This document shows positions 10,225 to 19,057 of a DNA stretch of 64,000 nucleotides, piece by piece. Under the pieces are notes generated by a model. That model had not been told where the DNA came from, ran no database searches, and worked only from the letters and a program-made list of their open reading frames with translations. This stretch comes from Gammaproteobacteria bacterium. GTDB lineage: Bacteria; Pseudomonadota; Gammaproteobacteria; Eutrophobiales; Eutrophobiaceae. The translations under genes were made by a program, and so were the position numbers. Position 1 is the first letter of the stretch. Each line of letters opens with the position of its first letter. The stretch lies in NCBI GenBank assembly GCA_965222155.1, contig CBDCTH010000012.1, forward strand, positions 1,984,001-2,048,000. Direction: 5' to 3'.

Positions 10225-10919
10225 GGACGGTAGCAGTTCGAAACATTGAACGAGCAGATGCAGCGGTCGTGGAGGTACTGGGAACTTTGGGCGTTGCCAC
10301 GGTACATGAAGCGCTGGGACGGGTGGGGCTGTTAAAACCCTATATGCGACCGATATACCGACACGCCCGGATCGCAGGCAGTGCCATTACGATTTTGGCC
10401 CAGCCTGGTGATAACTGGATGTTACATGTGGCCATCGAACTTTGCCAACCCGGGGATGTCCTCGTGGTAGCTTGCACCACGGACAATACCGACGGAATGT
10501 TTGGTGATTTATTGGCCACTTCGGCCCGGGTTCGGGGTGTAAAAGGCCTTGTGGTAGATGCCGGCGTACGCGATGTGGCAATACTGGAAGATATGAGTTT
10601 CCCCGTTTGGTGCAAAGCGGTATCCGCTCAGGGTACGGTTAAAAACACGCCTGGTTCGGTAAACGTACCCATTGTCTGTGCCGGCCAGACAGTCAATCCC
10701 GGTGATGTAGTAGTTGCTGATGATGACGGTGTAGTAGTGATTCCGAGACACCGGGCCGAAGCTGCTATGGCTGCTGCCCGGACTCGGGAACAAAATGAGG
10801 CGAGCAAGCGTGAAAAACTGGCAAACGGCATTTTAGGTCTGGATATGTATGACATGCGCCCTCGCCTGGAAAAAGCGGGCCTGATTTACCTGGATTCACT
10901 GGAAGATTTAAAAGACTGA
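10221..10919 (+). CDS. ligK: 4-carboxy-4-hydroxy-2-oxoadipate aldolase / oxaloacetate decarboxylase
   Basis: [37 protein letters not shown]. Confidence 0.92.
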   Translation: MRTVAVRNIERADAAVVEVLGTLGVATVHEALGRVGLLKPYMRPIYRHARIAGSAITILAQPGDNWMLHVAIELCQPGDVLVVACTTDNTDGMFGDLLATSARVRGVKGLVVDAGVRDVAILEDMSFPVWCKAVSAQGTVKNTPGSVNVPIVCAGQTVNPGDVVVADDDGVVVIPRHRAEAAMAAARTREQNEASKREKLANGILGLDMYDMRPRLEKAGLIYLDSLEDLKD

Positions 10920-10921
10920 TC

Positions 10922-11968
10922 ATGATTATTGATTGCCACGGGCACTACACCACGGCACCGGGTGCGCTGGGCGAATACCGTGAGCGACAAAAAGCGGAAC
11001 TGACTGATGAACCAAACTTTCAACATGAAAAAGGTATCATTGATATCAGCGATGAGCAGTTGCGGGAGAGTCTTGAAGGAGCACAATTAAAACTGCAACG
11101 GGAACGCGGTACCGATCTCACTATATTTTCACCGCGCGCCAGCTGGATGGGGCATCATATCGGCAATGAGAGCACCAGTAAATTCTGGTCTGAGCACTGT
11201 AATGAGTTAATCTACCGCATCACACAGCTATATCCGGATAACTTCGCCGGAGGTTGCCAGTTGCCCCAGACACCGGGGGCAGAACTACGTAATGCCGTCC
11301 TGGAACTGGAGCGTTGTGTGCTTGAGTTCGGTTTTGTCGGGTTTAACCTGAATCCGGACCCATCGGGCGGCCACTGGGACTCCCCTCCCCTGGGAGATCG
11401 CTATTGGTATCCTGTCTACGAAAAAATGTGCGAACTGGATGTCCCCGCCATGATCCATGTGAGTGGGGCTTGTAATCATGCCTTTCAAACCACCGGTTCC
11501 TATTACCTGAGTGCCGACACTACTGCCTTCATGCAGTTGATGACATCGACTGTGTGCCAGGATTTTCCGGATATCAGGTTCATAATCCCCCATGGTGGCG
11601 GTGCAGTGCCTTATCACTGGGGGCGTTTCCGCGGTCTGGCTGACATGATGAAGCTGCCTCCCCTCGATGAATTGTTGTTGAACAATGTCTACTTTGACAC
11701 CTGTGTTTATCACCAGCCCGGGATTGATTTGTTAGTGGATGTGATCCCCTCCAAAAATATTTTGTTTGCATCAGAAATGATAGGTGCAGTACGCGGCATA
11801 GACCCCGAAACCGGCCATTATTTCGATGATACCAAACGTTACATCGATAACAACAATGCACTCAGCAAAGACGAAAAAAAGGCCATTTTTGAGGGCAATG
11901 CCCGTAGGGTATTTACCCGATTGAACAAATCAAATTCGAATACGGCACGCATCGTGAAGGCAGGATAA
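10922..11968 (+). CDS. ligJ: 4-oxalomesaconate hydratase
   Basis: MIIDCHGHYTTAP, FSPRAS, LNPDPSGG, PHGGGAVPYHWGRFRG, FASEMIGAV. Confidence 0.92.
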   Translation: MIIDCHGHYTTAPGALGEYRERQKAELTDEPNFQHEKGIIDISDEQLRESLEGAQLKLQRERGTDLTIFSPRASWMGHHIGNESTSKFWSEHCNELIYRITQLYPDNFAGGCQLPQTPGAELRNAVLELERCVLEFGFVGFNLNPDPSGGHWDSPPLGDRYWYPVYEKMCELDVPAMIHVSGACNHAFQTTGSYYLSADTTAFMQLMTSTVCQDFPDIRFIIPHGGGAVPYHWGRFRGLADMMKLPPLDELLLNNVYFDTCVYHQPGIDLLVDVIPSKNILFASEMIGAVRGIDPETGHYFDDTKRYIDNNNALSKDEKKAIFEGNARRVFTRLNKSNSNTARIVKAG

Positions 11969-12054
11969 CTCACCAGGATTACAAATGACTTTTCCCATAG
12001 CTTTAAAAATAAAATTCATTAGTATCAATATTAAGCTGCTTTTATGTTAGCTTA

Positions 12055-12260
12055 CAGGGCAAACGCATACTTTTGGATTCTGTTGCAGAAGACAGGAAAT
12101 CAACCGGAAAACGCCGCCCGTCATGCTGGCGAATGCCAGCATCCAGTCAAACAACAGCGCATGATCATGGTGATGAAGGGTTATTCACTGGATTCTGGCT
12201 TGCGCCAGAATGACGGAATCGGGTAAAAACGTCTGAATTCAAAAGTATGCGTTTGCCCTG
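12055..12260. mobile_element. 206-bp MITE with TIRs CAGGGCAAACGCATACTTTTG and a 10-bp TSD (TGTTAGCTTA); contains a nested repeat at 12118-12216
   Basis: TGTTAGCTTA at 12045-12054 and 12261-12270; 21-bp perfect TIR. Confidence 0.85.
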
Positions 12261-12298
12261 TGTTAGCTTAAGTCTACAACCCGCTTTTCAGGAAAATG

Positions 12299-12366
12299 CA
12301 GAGTAAAAATACGACCAATCTGGCAGACTGTGTTGCTGTACTGTCAGGTATTTTTACTCTGACCCC
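12299..12366. repeat. REP family GGGGTCAGAGTAAAAATA (left end eroded)
   Basis: CAGAGTAAAAATAC...GTATTTTTACTCTGACCCC; also at 30550-30583 and 37055-37145. Confidence 0.7.
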
Positions 12367-12402
12367 AAGTGTCGAGGGTTTGTCAATTCAGGAGACAACA
12401 CA

Positions 12403-13587
12403 ATGCATGTACCAGTCGTGATAGTTGGTGCGGGCCCGTCCGGTTCGCTCTTGGCCTGGATTTTACGCCAGCGCGGGATCGAAAGTATCGTCCTGGAAAG
12501 GAAAAGCCGTGAATACGTCGAAAGTCGCATTCGTGCCGGTGTCATGGAGCAAAACGCTGTAGACTTGATGATTAAAGCAGGTGTCGGCGAACGCCTGAAA
12601 AAGGAATGCATGTATCACCCAGGTGTGGTCATCGGCCTTCACAATGAGCATCATTTTCTCGATTTCGATAGGCTGATAGGGGTTGGTGTCACCATATACG
12701 GCCAGTCGGAGCTTACCAAGGATCTATTGGGCGCACTTGCAGCGGTAGATCACAAGGTTTTCTATGAGGCGCCCGCCACGGCAATCGAAGGCATTGAGGG
12801 TGATTCCCCGACGGTGAAGTACACTCACGAGGGCGTGGATAAGGAAATAAGCTGCGATTTCGTTGTCGGGGCCGATGGTTTTCATGGTCCCTCACGTTCG
12901 TCGATCCCGGCCGGCGTCCTCAAGACTTACGAAAACGTTTATCCCTACGGTTGGCTCGGTGTGATGGTCAAAGCGCCGCCGTCGAAAGATGTAGCAATGT
13001 TTTCGCATCATGAACGTGGCTTTGCACTGTTGAGCATGCGTTCACCGAAAATTTCGCGGCTCTATCTCCAGTGCGCGCCGGATGAAGATATCAACGAATG
13101 GCCCGATGAGCGGGTCTGGGAAGAACTCGATACGCGCCTGGGTGCACCCGGTTGGGAGCTTGAGCGAGGGGAGATCTTTCAGAAGGATGTGACCCCACTG
13201 CGGAGTTTTTTCTCCCAACCCATGTCCCATGGTCGTCTGTTTCTGTGCGGTGATGCCGCGCACATCGTCCCGCCGACCGGCGCCAAGGGCCTTAACGCGG
13301 CATTTGCCGATGTGAGCGTTCTGTCCGCCGGATTGATCGAATACTTTACAAAAGACAACGCTACGATTTTAGATCGTTATGCCCACGTTGCCCTGGCCCG
13401 CAACCTCCAGTGTCAGCGTTTTTCCTCGGGCAACACGGCCAAGTATCATATCCACCCCGACAGCAATTCCTTCGAACGCCGTATGCAAGTGGCGGAGTTG
13501 GAATATCTGGTGTCTGACGAGACGACCCAGATATCCTATGCCAGGCAACATACCGGGCTTCCGTTCGATTACTGGCCGGAACTCTGA
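12403..13587 (+). CDS. pobA: PobA-family flavoprotein aromatic hydroxylase (4-hydroxybenzoate 3-monooxygenase-like, altered active site)
   Basis: GAGPSG, SRIRAGVME, DGFHG, YPYGWLG, GDAAHIVPPTGAKGLN. Confidence 0.85.
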   Translation: MHVPVVIVGAGPSGSLLAWILRQRGIESIVLERKSREYVESRIRAGVMEQNAVDLMIKAGVGERLKKECMYHPGVVIGLHNEHHFLDFDRLIGVGVTIYGQSELTKDLLGALAAVDHKVFYEAPATAIEGIEGDSPTVKYTHEGVDKEISCDFVVGADGFHGPSRSSIPAGVLKTYENVYPYGWLGVMVKAPPSKDVAMFSHHERGFALLSMRSPKISRLYLQCAPDEDINEWPDERVWEELDTRLGAPGWELERGEIFQKDVTPLRSFFSQPMSHGRLFLCGDAAHIVPPTGAKGLNAAFADVSVLSAGLIEYFTKDNATILDRYAHVALARNLQCQRFSSGNTAKYHIHPDSNSFERRMQVAELEYLVSDETTQISYARQHTGLPFDYWPEL

Positions 13588-13611
13588 ATGCGAACCCCTT
13601 CCCGGACACTG

Positions 13612-13850
13612 ACCCGGATTTCTCACCAGGCCGCTTGTTGCTATTGAATACTTTGCTAACAATAAATTACGGTAATATGTCCATTATATCAACAGAACAG
13701 GCTGCGCTTGATGCGCCCTTGCTTGTCTTTTTTACGCCTACGGGCACATGCTCCCTCAACCAGAGCTATGGCTATGCTTTCGGTCGCAGGCACCCGTAGG
13801 CGTAAAAAATCCGGCGCAATCATCGCATCACCCGGTGAGAAATCCGGGTT
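13612..13850. mobile_element. MITE family A, uninterrupted copy
   Basis: ACCCGGATTTCTCACC...GGTGAGAAATCCGGGT. Confidence 0.75.
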
Positions 13851-13933
13851 GATCACCTGTGCCGATATGCGAGTTTTGCACAGTCTGACGGGGTCCGCGT
13901 CCCTTCAACTTTTCAGGAATAAGGAAGAGAAAC

Positions 13934-14302
13934 ATGAGTAGAGAAACTGGTCACAGTGATAATATTCCAGGCACATGTGTGTTCACCGGGCAAAGGTCGC
14001 AGAAGGGGCTAAAGCTGAATAGCTTTGCCTATTCTCTTCACAAAGCCGGGAACCGGGAGGTCTATCGTCAGGATCCGGCGGGCTACATGGATAGCTACGG
14101 TCTTTCAGCCTGGGAGAAACAAAAGGTTAAAGAGAAGGACTGGAAGGCCCTGATCGAAGAAGGCGGCGGCAACATCTATATGCTGTTGAAAGTCGGCGCT
14201 ATTACCGGTGATGGTCTTGTCCCCATCGGTGCGCAGCAGCGAGGCGAATCGGTGGAAGATTTCATGAAGTCCCGCAACGTGCCATTGCGGCAAAATATGT
14301 AG
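13934..14302 (+). CDS. ligA: Extradiol dioxygenase alpha subunit (LigA family)
   Basis: IPGTCVFTG...GLKLNSF...GGNIYMLLK; directly upstream of ligB. Confidence 0.85.
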   Translation: MSRETGHSDNIPGTCVFTGQRSQKGLKLNSFAYSLHKAGNREVYRQDPAGYMDSYGLSAWEKQKVKEKDWKALIEEGGGNIYMLLKVGAITGDGLVPIGAQQRGESVEDFMKSRNVPLRQNM

Positions 14303-14329
14303 CAGCAAAACAAATAGTGGAGCAATAAA

Positions 14330-15187
14330 ATGGGTAGACTAGTTGCCGGTATCGGTTCGTCTCACGTTCCTTCGATTGGCGTGGCTTTCGATCAAAACCA
14401 GCAGGAGGCTCCTGGGTGGAAGCCCCTGTTTGATGGTTATAGGCCTGCTAAAGCCTGGTTAAAGGATGTCGGTATAACTCACGCCGTCGTTCTGTACAAC
14501 GATCATGGCACCGATTTTTTTTTCGATAAGTATCCGACATTCGCGATGGGTGTTGCCGATGAATACCCTATCGGTGATGAAGGTTGGGGCGTACGTCCGC
14601 TGCCGGCGGTAAAGGGTGATAGTGTTTTTTCCTGGCACCTGGCTAACTCTCTGGTGAAAGAGAGTGAATTCGATCTTACCATTTGTCAGGACATGGTGAT
14701 GGACCACGGCATCCTGGTACCATTGCCGTTATTGTTTGATCATAAGCCTGACTGGAGTGTCAAGACTGTGCCTATGCAGGTCAATGTGCTGCAGCATCCG
14801 TTACCGACACCGCACCGGTTATGGAAACTTGGACAAGCACTGCGAACAGCCGTTGAGTCCTATCCCGATGATGTGCGTGTTGTTGTTGTTGGCACTGGTG
14901 GACTTTCTCACCAGTTGCATGGCGATCGTTTCGGTCATATGAACTCGGACTGGGACAAGGAATTTCTTGACCGGATCGAAGATGATCCGGAAAGCCTCGT
15001 CGATATCTCTCATGATGAATTGATGGAACGTGGTGGGGCGGAAGCGGTGGAGATGATGGTGTGGCTTGGGATGCGTGGCGCCTTAACCCCGAAGGTCAAC
15101 AAGATCCACCGGAATTACTACCTGCCGATGTTATCAGGGATGGGATTGACCGTTCTGGAGGATACGCTGACAGGCGATGCAACCTGA
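14330..15187 (+). CDS. ligB: Class III extradiol dioxygenase beta subunit (protocatechuate 4,5-/gallate dioxygenase type)
   Basis: SSHVP, YNDH, DHG, GTGGLSHQL, GGAEAVE...WLGMRGAL. Confidence 0.88.
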   Translation: MGRLVAGIGSSHVPSIGVAFDQNQQEAPGWKPLFDGYRPAKAWLKDVGITHAVVLYNDHGTDFFFDKYPTFAMGVADEYPIGDEGWGVRPLPAVKGDSVFSWHLANSLVKESEFDLTICQDMVMDHGILVPLPLLFDHKPDWSVKTVPMQVNVLQHPLPTPHRLWKLGQALRTAVESYPDDVRVVVVGTGGLSHQLHGDRFGHMNSDWDKEFLDRIEDDPESLVDISHDELMERGGAEAVEMMVWLGMRGALTPKVNKIHRNYYLPMLSGMGLTVLEDTLTGDAT

Positions 15188-15204
15188 ATCCGGAAATGCG
15201 GAAA

Positions 15205-15305
15205 TGGGGTCAGGTCGCACAATGCACACTTGAGGCTCACCCTTTCAACGTTCGGTCCACTGTACTGTCACTTCAGCTATAGTGTGCATTGTGCGACCTG
15301 ACCCC
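15205..15305. repeat. REPIN (RAYT-core type, internally deleted core)
   Basis: TGGGGTCAGGTCGCACAATGCACAC...GTGTGCATTGTGCGACCTGACCCC. Confidence 0.85.
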
Positions 15306-15698
15306 GCATCCGTTACCGACACCGCACCGTTATGGAAACTTGGACAAGCATTGCGAACAGCCGTAGAGTCCTATCCCGAAGAGGTGCGTGTCGTTGTTGT
15401 GGGCACCGGCGGGCTTTCTCACCAGCTGCATGGCGATCGTTTCGGCCATATGAACGCGGACTGGGACAAGGAATTTCTTGACCGGATCGAAGATGATCCG
15501 GAAAGCCTTGTCGACATCTCTCATGATGAATTGATGGAACGTGGTGGTGCGGAAGCGGTGGAGATGATGGTGTGGCTTGGGATGCGTGGCGCCTTAACCC
15601 CGAAGGTCAACAAGATCCACCGGAATTACTACCTGCCGATGTTATCAGGGATGGGATTGACCGTTCTGGAAGATACGCTGACAGGCGATGCAACCTGA
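15306..15698 (+). pseudogene. Second, diverged copy of the 3' part of ligB between two REPINs
   Basis: Aligns with 14794-15187 with a 1-bp deletion and about 16 substitutions. Confidence 0.85.
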
Positions 15699-15707
15699 AT
15701 CCGGAAA

Positions 15708-15808
15708 TGGGGTCAGGTCGCACAATGCACACTTGAGGCTCACCCTTTCAACGTTCGGTCCACTGTACTGTCACTTCAGCTATAGTGTGCATTGTGCGAC
15801 CTGACCCC
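15708..15808. repeat. REPIN, appears identical to 15205-15305
   Basis: Direct comparison by eye. Confidence 0.85.
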
Positions 15809-15833
15809 GCATACACGCATACAGGGGAATTAC

Positions 15834-16895
15834 ATGACCACAGAGAAAACAAATGGTAGGTTTATCAAAGAAGAGACCTGGCGTCACTTTTGGCATCCTG
15901 TCTGTACACTGGAGGAATTGTATTCAGCGGACCCCTCCGGTAATGGTCCGCTCCAGGTGCAGTTACTGGGTGAGGCCCTGGTTATAGCAAAACTGGACGG
16001 GAGTATTTCCGCGTTCGCCGATCGATGTGCGCATCGTTCAACATCCTTGTCCAGGGGATTCATAGATGATGGCAGAATACGCTGCCGTTATCATGGCTGG
16101 GCCTATGACAGTAGCGGAAAATGTGTCGACATTCCTGCGTGCCGGGATTTAAAAATACCCGGTCGTGCGAAGATTCAAAAATTTGATGCTGAAGTAAAAT
16201 ACGACCTCGTATGGGTTAGTCTTGAAGCCCATGCAGCCACAGAAATCCCTCCCTGTCCCGGATTTGATGATGAAGTGTTTAAGGCAGTTATCGGCAAACC
16301 CTATACCTGGGCAACCTCCGCGGCAAGGCGGTTGGAAAATTTTGTCGATTTGGCTCATTTCCCCTATGTTCATCCAAATACACTGTTTGATCCAAACATG
16401 ACAGATGTATCACCCCCATCAATCGATCGTAATAATGGTCAATTGATCTTTCATTTCAACCCTCAAACTGATGATATGCCCATCCCGGATGTGTCTTTAA
16501 TGGGAAAAACGGATTATCAGATTACTATGCCGTTTACTGTCAACCTGGAATTTGAACTCATCAGCAAAGCCGGGAAAGGTAATCGGGCCATATTATGGAT
16601 GAGTGCATCACCCCTTGACGAGGGTCATTGCCGCAGTTTCTGGTTTACCTGTCGTGATCACAACAAAGATGAACCCGATTATCCTCATCTTGCATTTCAG
16701 GAACGTGTACTGGAAGAAGATATTGTGGTGATCGAAGCACAGAATCCGCCCCAGATTCCTTATGGCATCGATGAAATTTCAGTGCCGACTGATATGGTAT
16801 CCATCCAGTACCGGAGGTGGCTACGTGAAATCGAACAAGCTGTTGATAACGATAGCTTATTGAAAAATCTTACTACCAATGAAAGATGCGCATAG
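15834..16895 (+). CDS. Rieske non-heme iron oxygenase (VanA/demethylase-like alpha subunit)
   Basis: CAHR...CRYHGW Rieske motif, ENFVDLAHFPYVH iron motif, EEDI. Start at MTTEK after GGGG. Confidence 0.88.
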   Translation: MTTEKTNGRFIKEETWRHFWHPVCTLEELYSADPSGNGPLQVQLLGEALVIAKLDGSISAFADRCAHRSTSLSRGFIDDGRIRCRYHGWAYDSSGKCVDIPACRDLKIPGRAKIQKFDAEVKYDLVWVSLEAHAATEIPPCPGFDDEVFKAVIGKPYTWATSAARRLENFVDLAHFPYVHPNTLFDPNMTDVSPPSIDRNNGQLIFHFNPQTDDMPIPDVSLMGKTDYQITMPFTVNLEFELISKAGKGNRAILWMSASPLDEGHCRSFWFTCRDHNKDEPDYPHLAFQERVLEEDIVVIEAQNPPQIPYGIDEISVPTDMVSIQYRRWLREIEQAVDNDSLLKNLTTNERCA

Positions 16896-16923
16896 GGTGG
16901 GATATCCAGGTTTACACGGTTAT

Positions 16924-18198
16924 TCAGAAATTGCAGCTCAGGCCCAGTTCGATGAAGCTGTCGCGGCGCGCATAGTAGTGGATATCCTCCCTGTCGATGC
17001 CGAGCAGGACAACCGCCTCCAGGTACAGCGACCAGCGGTCTGAGAGACGCCGGTCCAATCCGACAGCCAGAGAATGGGTAGCCCGTCCCAGGTCCCCGAT
17101 AAAACTTGCCGTCATTTCGGTGCTCTGAATATCATTGAACGCCAGGCGCGCGGCCGTGAAGAGTTCGTTTTCGAACGTGCCGGGCGAACGGCTCGGCGGC
17201 GCATCCCGGTCCCGGTCATCATAGTGCCATTCACCGAACAGGGTGAGGTCGGCAACAGTATTTAATATGGAATAGAGCGTGTATTCGCCACCAATGACGG
17301 ATGCCACGTAATCCTCTTCCCTGCCCAGCAGGTTCAGGGCGCCGGACCGTTGAATCGCCTCCAGCTTGAACAACCAGGGACCAAGGGTCAACTGGGCGTC
17401 CAGACCGAACTGGCGTATCTGGGTATAATATTGAACCAGATTCAGCTCGCCGCCGGGCGTGAAGTCCAATTGCGCGGCCGGCTCCCGGCTGGTGCCGTCG
17501 AACACGCTCAGCCCCATATCCAGGGGACCGAAACTGTTACTGTAGCGCGCGGCAAAATCCAGGTGCCACTCTTCGTCCGCGCTCTCATAGCGGATGTTGT
17601 CGTCGTCTATGACGAGCGGCAGGCGCAGACGGCCGCGCCGGCCCGAGAAGGTCCGGGCGCGATGATAGGGCAACCCGAACAATTCCAACACGCCCCAATC
17701 ACCCGATAAGGTAGCGTGAGCCATGGGTTGGCCCAGCTTGGCCATTCCGTCCGGATGTTCAACAAAATCGACCTGGTTGATGATATCGACCAGACGTTGC
17801 GATTCAACTACACCCCAGAACACCTGGTCCACACCCAGCCGCAGTTCCCATTCATTATCACCGATCCCGCCGAACAGCAGGAGGTAGGCTTCACGCAGGT
17901 CCACGTGGGTACGGCGCGGGTCCGCGGCATCGTAACGAAAAAAAGGCGCCAGGGTGAAGCTTCTGCCCTCGACGTCCTCAATGTAGAACTCCGGCTCAAG
18001 AACGAAGCCGCTTGCGTGGGAACGCTGGCCGGGATACAGGGCGGACTCCGGATACCAGCGACCATCGATGCCTATGCGGCCGGAAAATTCGTAATCGGCA
18101 ATTTCAACCCCCACGCTTGTTCCAGCAGCAACGATTGAAATCAAAAGCCAGACAACCCCGAAAACCGCACAGTAAAGGGCGCCACCGCGCGGCATCAA
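16924..18198 (-). CDS. Outer-membrane beta-barrel protein associated with the MMPL / lipoprotein-sorting operon
   Basis: Signal-like N-terminus, DLREAY, VFWGVVES..LVDIINQ, C-terminal Phe; overlaps the upstream stop codon. Confidence 0.7.
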   Translation of the reverse strand: MMPRGGALYCAVFGVVWLLISIVAAGTSVGVEIADYEFSGRIGIDGRWYPESALYPGQRSHASGFVLEPEFYIEDVEGRSFTLAPFFRYDAADPRRTHVDLREAYLLLFGGIGDNEWELRLGVDQVFWGVVESQRLVDIINQVDFVEHPDGMAKLGQPMAHATLSGDWGVLELFGLPYHRARTFSGRRGRLRLPLVIDDDNIRYESADEEWHLDFAARYSNSFGPLDMGLSVFDGTSREPAAQLDFTPGGELNLVQYYTQIRQFGLDAQLTLGPWLFKLEAIQRSGALNLLGREEDYVASVIGGEYTLYSILNTVADLTLFGEWHYDDRDRDAPPSRSPGTFENELFTAARLAFNDIQSTEMTASFIGDLGRATHSLAVGLDRRLSDRWSLYLEAVVLLGIDREDIHYYARRDSFIELGLSCNF

Positions 18199-19010
18199 CG
18201 CACCCGCTTCAAACCGGTTTGCGTGAAGTCTCGGTCATCCAGGTCGGTGCGGAACTGATATTCCGTCCAGGTCAGGTCAGTACTCTTCCCGGTGAGATGA
18301 TTGATCATGGTCATCTCGCCGGCATACCAGTAATTATCCAGGTACTGCTCGTAGTTGGCTAAAGTCAGCGTTTTCAAGTGCGCATCCTTGCGGTCGTAGT
18401 ACTCGACTTTCCAGGTGCGCAATTCGTCACGGTCGCGCCAGACCAGTTGGCGGCTGTAACCCGATTTCTTGTCAGTCGGGACGCGTTCGGAAACCGTGCA
18501 GGTCAACTCGCCGCATGGTTTGTCGTCCAGGTAACGGTAAGTATATTTCTCCACCTCCTGGGCGCCCATGTCTTCATAGGAAAATTCACTACCCATGAAA
18601 GATCCGGAACGATTCGACGAACTGATGCGTTTGACCCGTTTCAGGGCGGGCAAATAAAGCCATTGATCGTCCGCTTCCACCTTGTGAGAATGGATAAGAA
18701 AAGCAGTCCCTTCTACGTCGCGTGGTTCATCGAACACAAACAGACTCTTGTCACCGTCGTCCTCCACCTCAAGTACCTTTACCCTGATAGAACGCCGGCT
18801 TTCCTGTCCCTGTTTGTTACGCAATATCATGGTCTGGCGCGCCGTGAAATTGCCGAAACCCTTTGCTTGTCCAGCGGCTGCTTGCGCAATTTTCAACCCG
18901 ATTTCTTCGGCGCTTGCATTATCAGCTATTGCGCCCGGCAACGTACCCAGACACACCAGCACGGTAACGAACAATGAAAATACAGGCCGGATGAAACATG
19001 CGTACATCAT
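18195..19010 (-). CDS. Outer membrane lipoprotein-sorting (LolA-like) protein
   Basis: F.EPRDVEGTAFL, DDQWLYLPALKRVKRISS, FMGSEFSYED. RBS AGGAG before the ATG at 19010. Confidence 0.85.
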   Translation of the reverse strand: MMYACFIRPVFSLFVTVLVCLGTLPGAIADNASAEEIGLKIAQAAAGQAKGFGNFTARQTMILRNKQGQESRRSIRVKVLEVEDDGDKSLFVFDEPRDVEGTAFLIHSHKVEADDQWLYLPALKRVKRISSSNRSGSFMGSEFSYEDMGAQEVEKYTYRYLDDKPCGELTCTVSERVPTDKKSGYSRQLVWRDRDELRTWKVEYYDRKDAHLKTLTLANYEQYLDNYWYAGEMTMINHLTGKSTDLTWTEYQFRTDLDDRDFTQTGLKRVR

Positions 19011-19057
19011 GTTTCTCCTGTCGATGACTGTCAGCAGGGCAATAGTGTATGTACGTA

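Noticed and set aside
15282-15698. 138-aa ORF as an independent dioxygenase
   Set aside because: The start comes from the REPIN and the N-terminal metal-binding histidines of LigB are missing.
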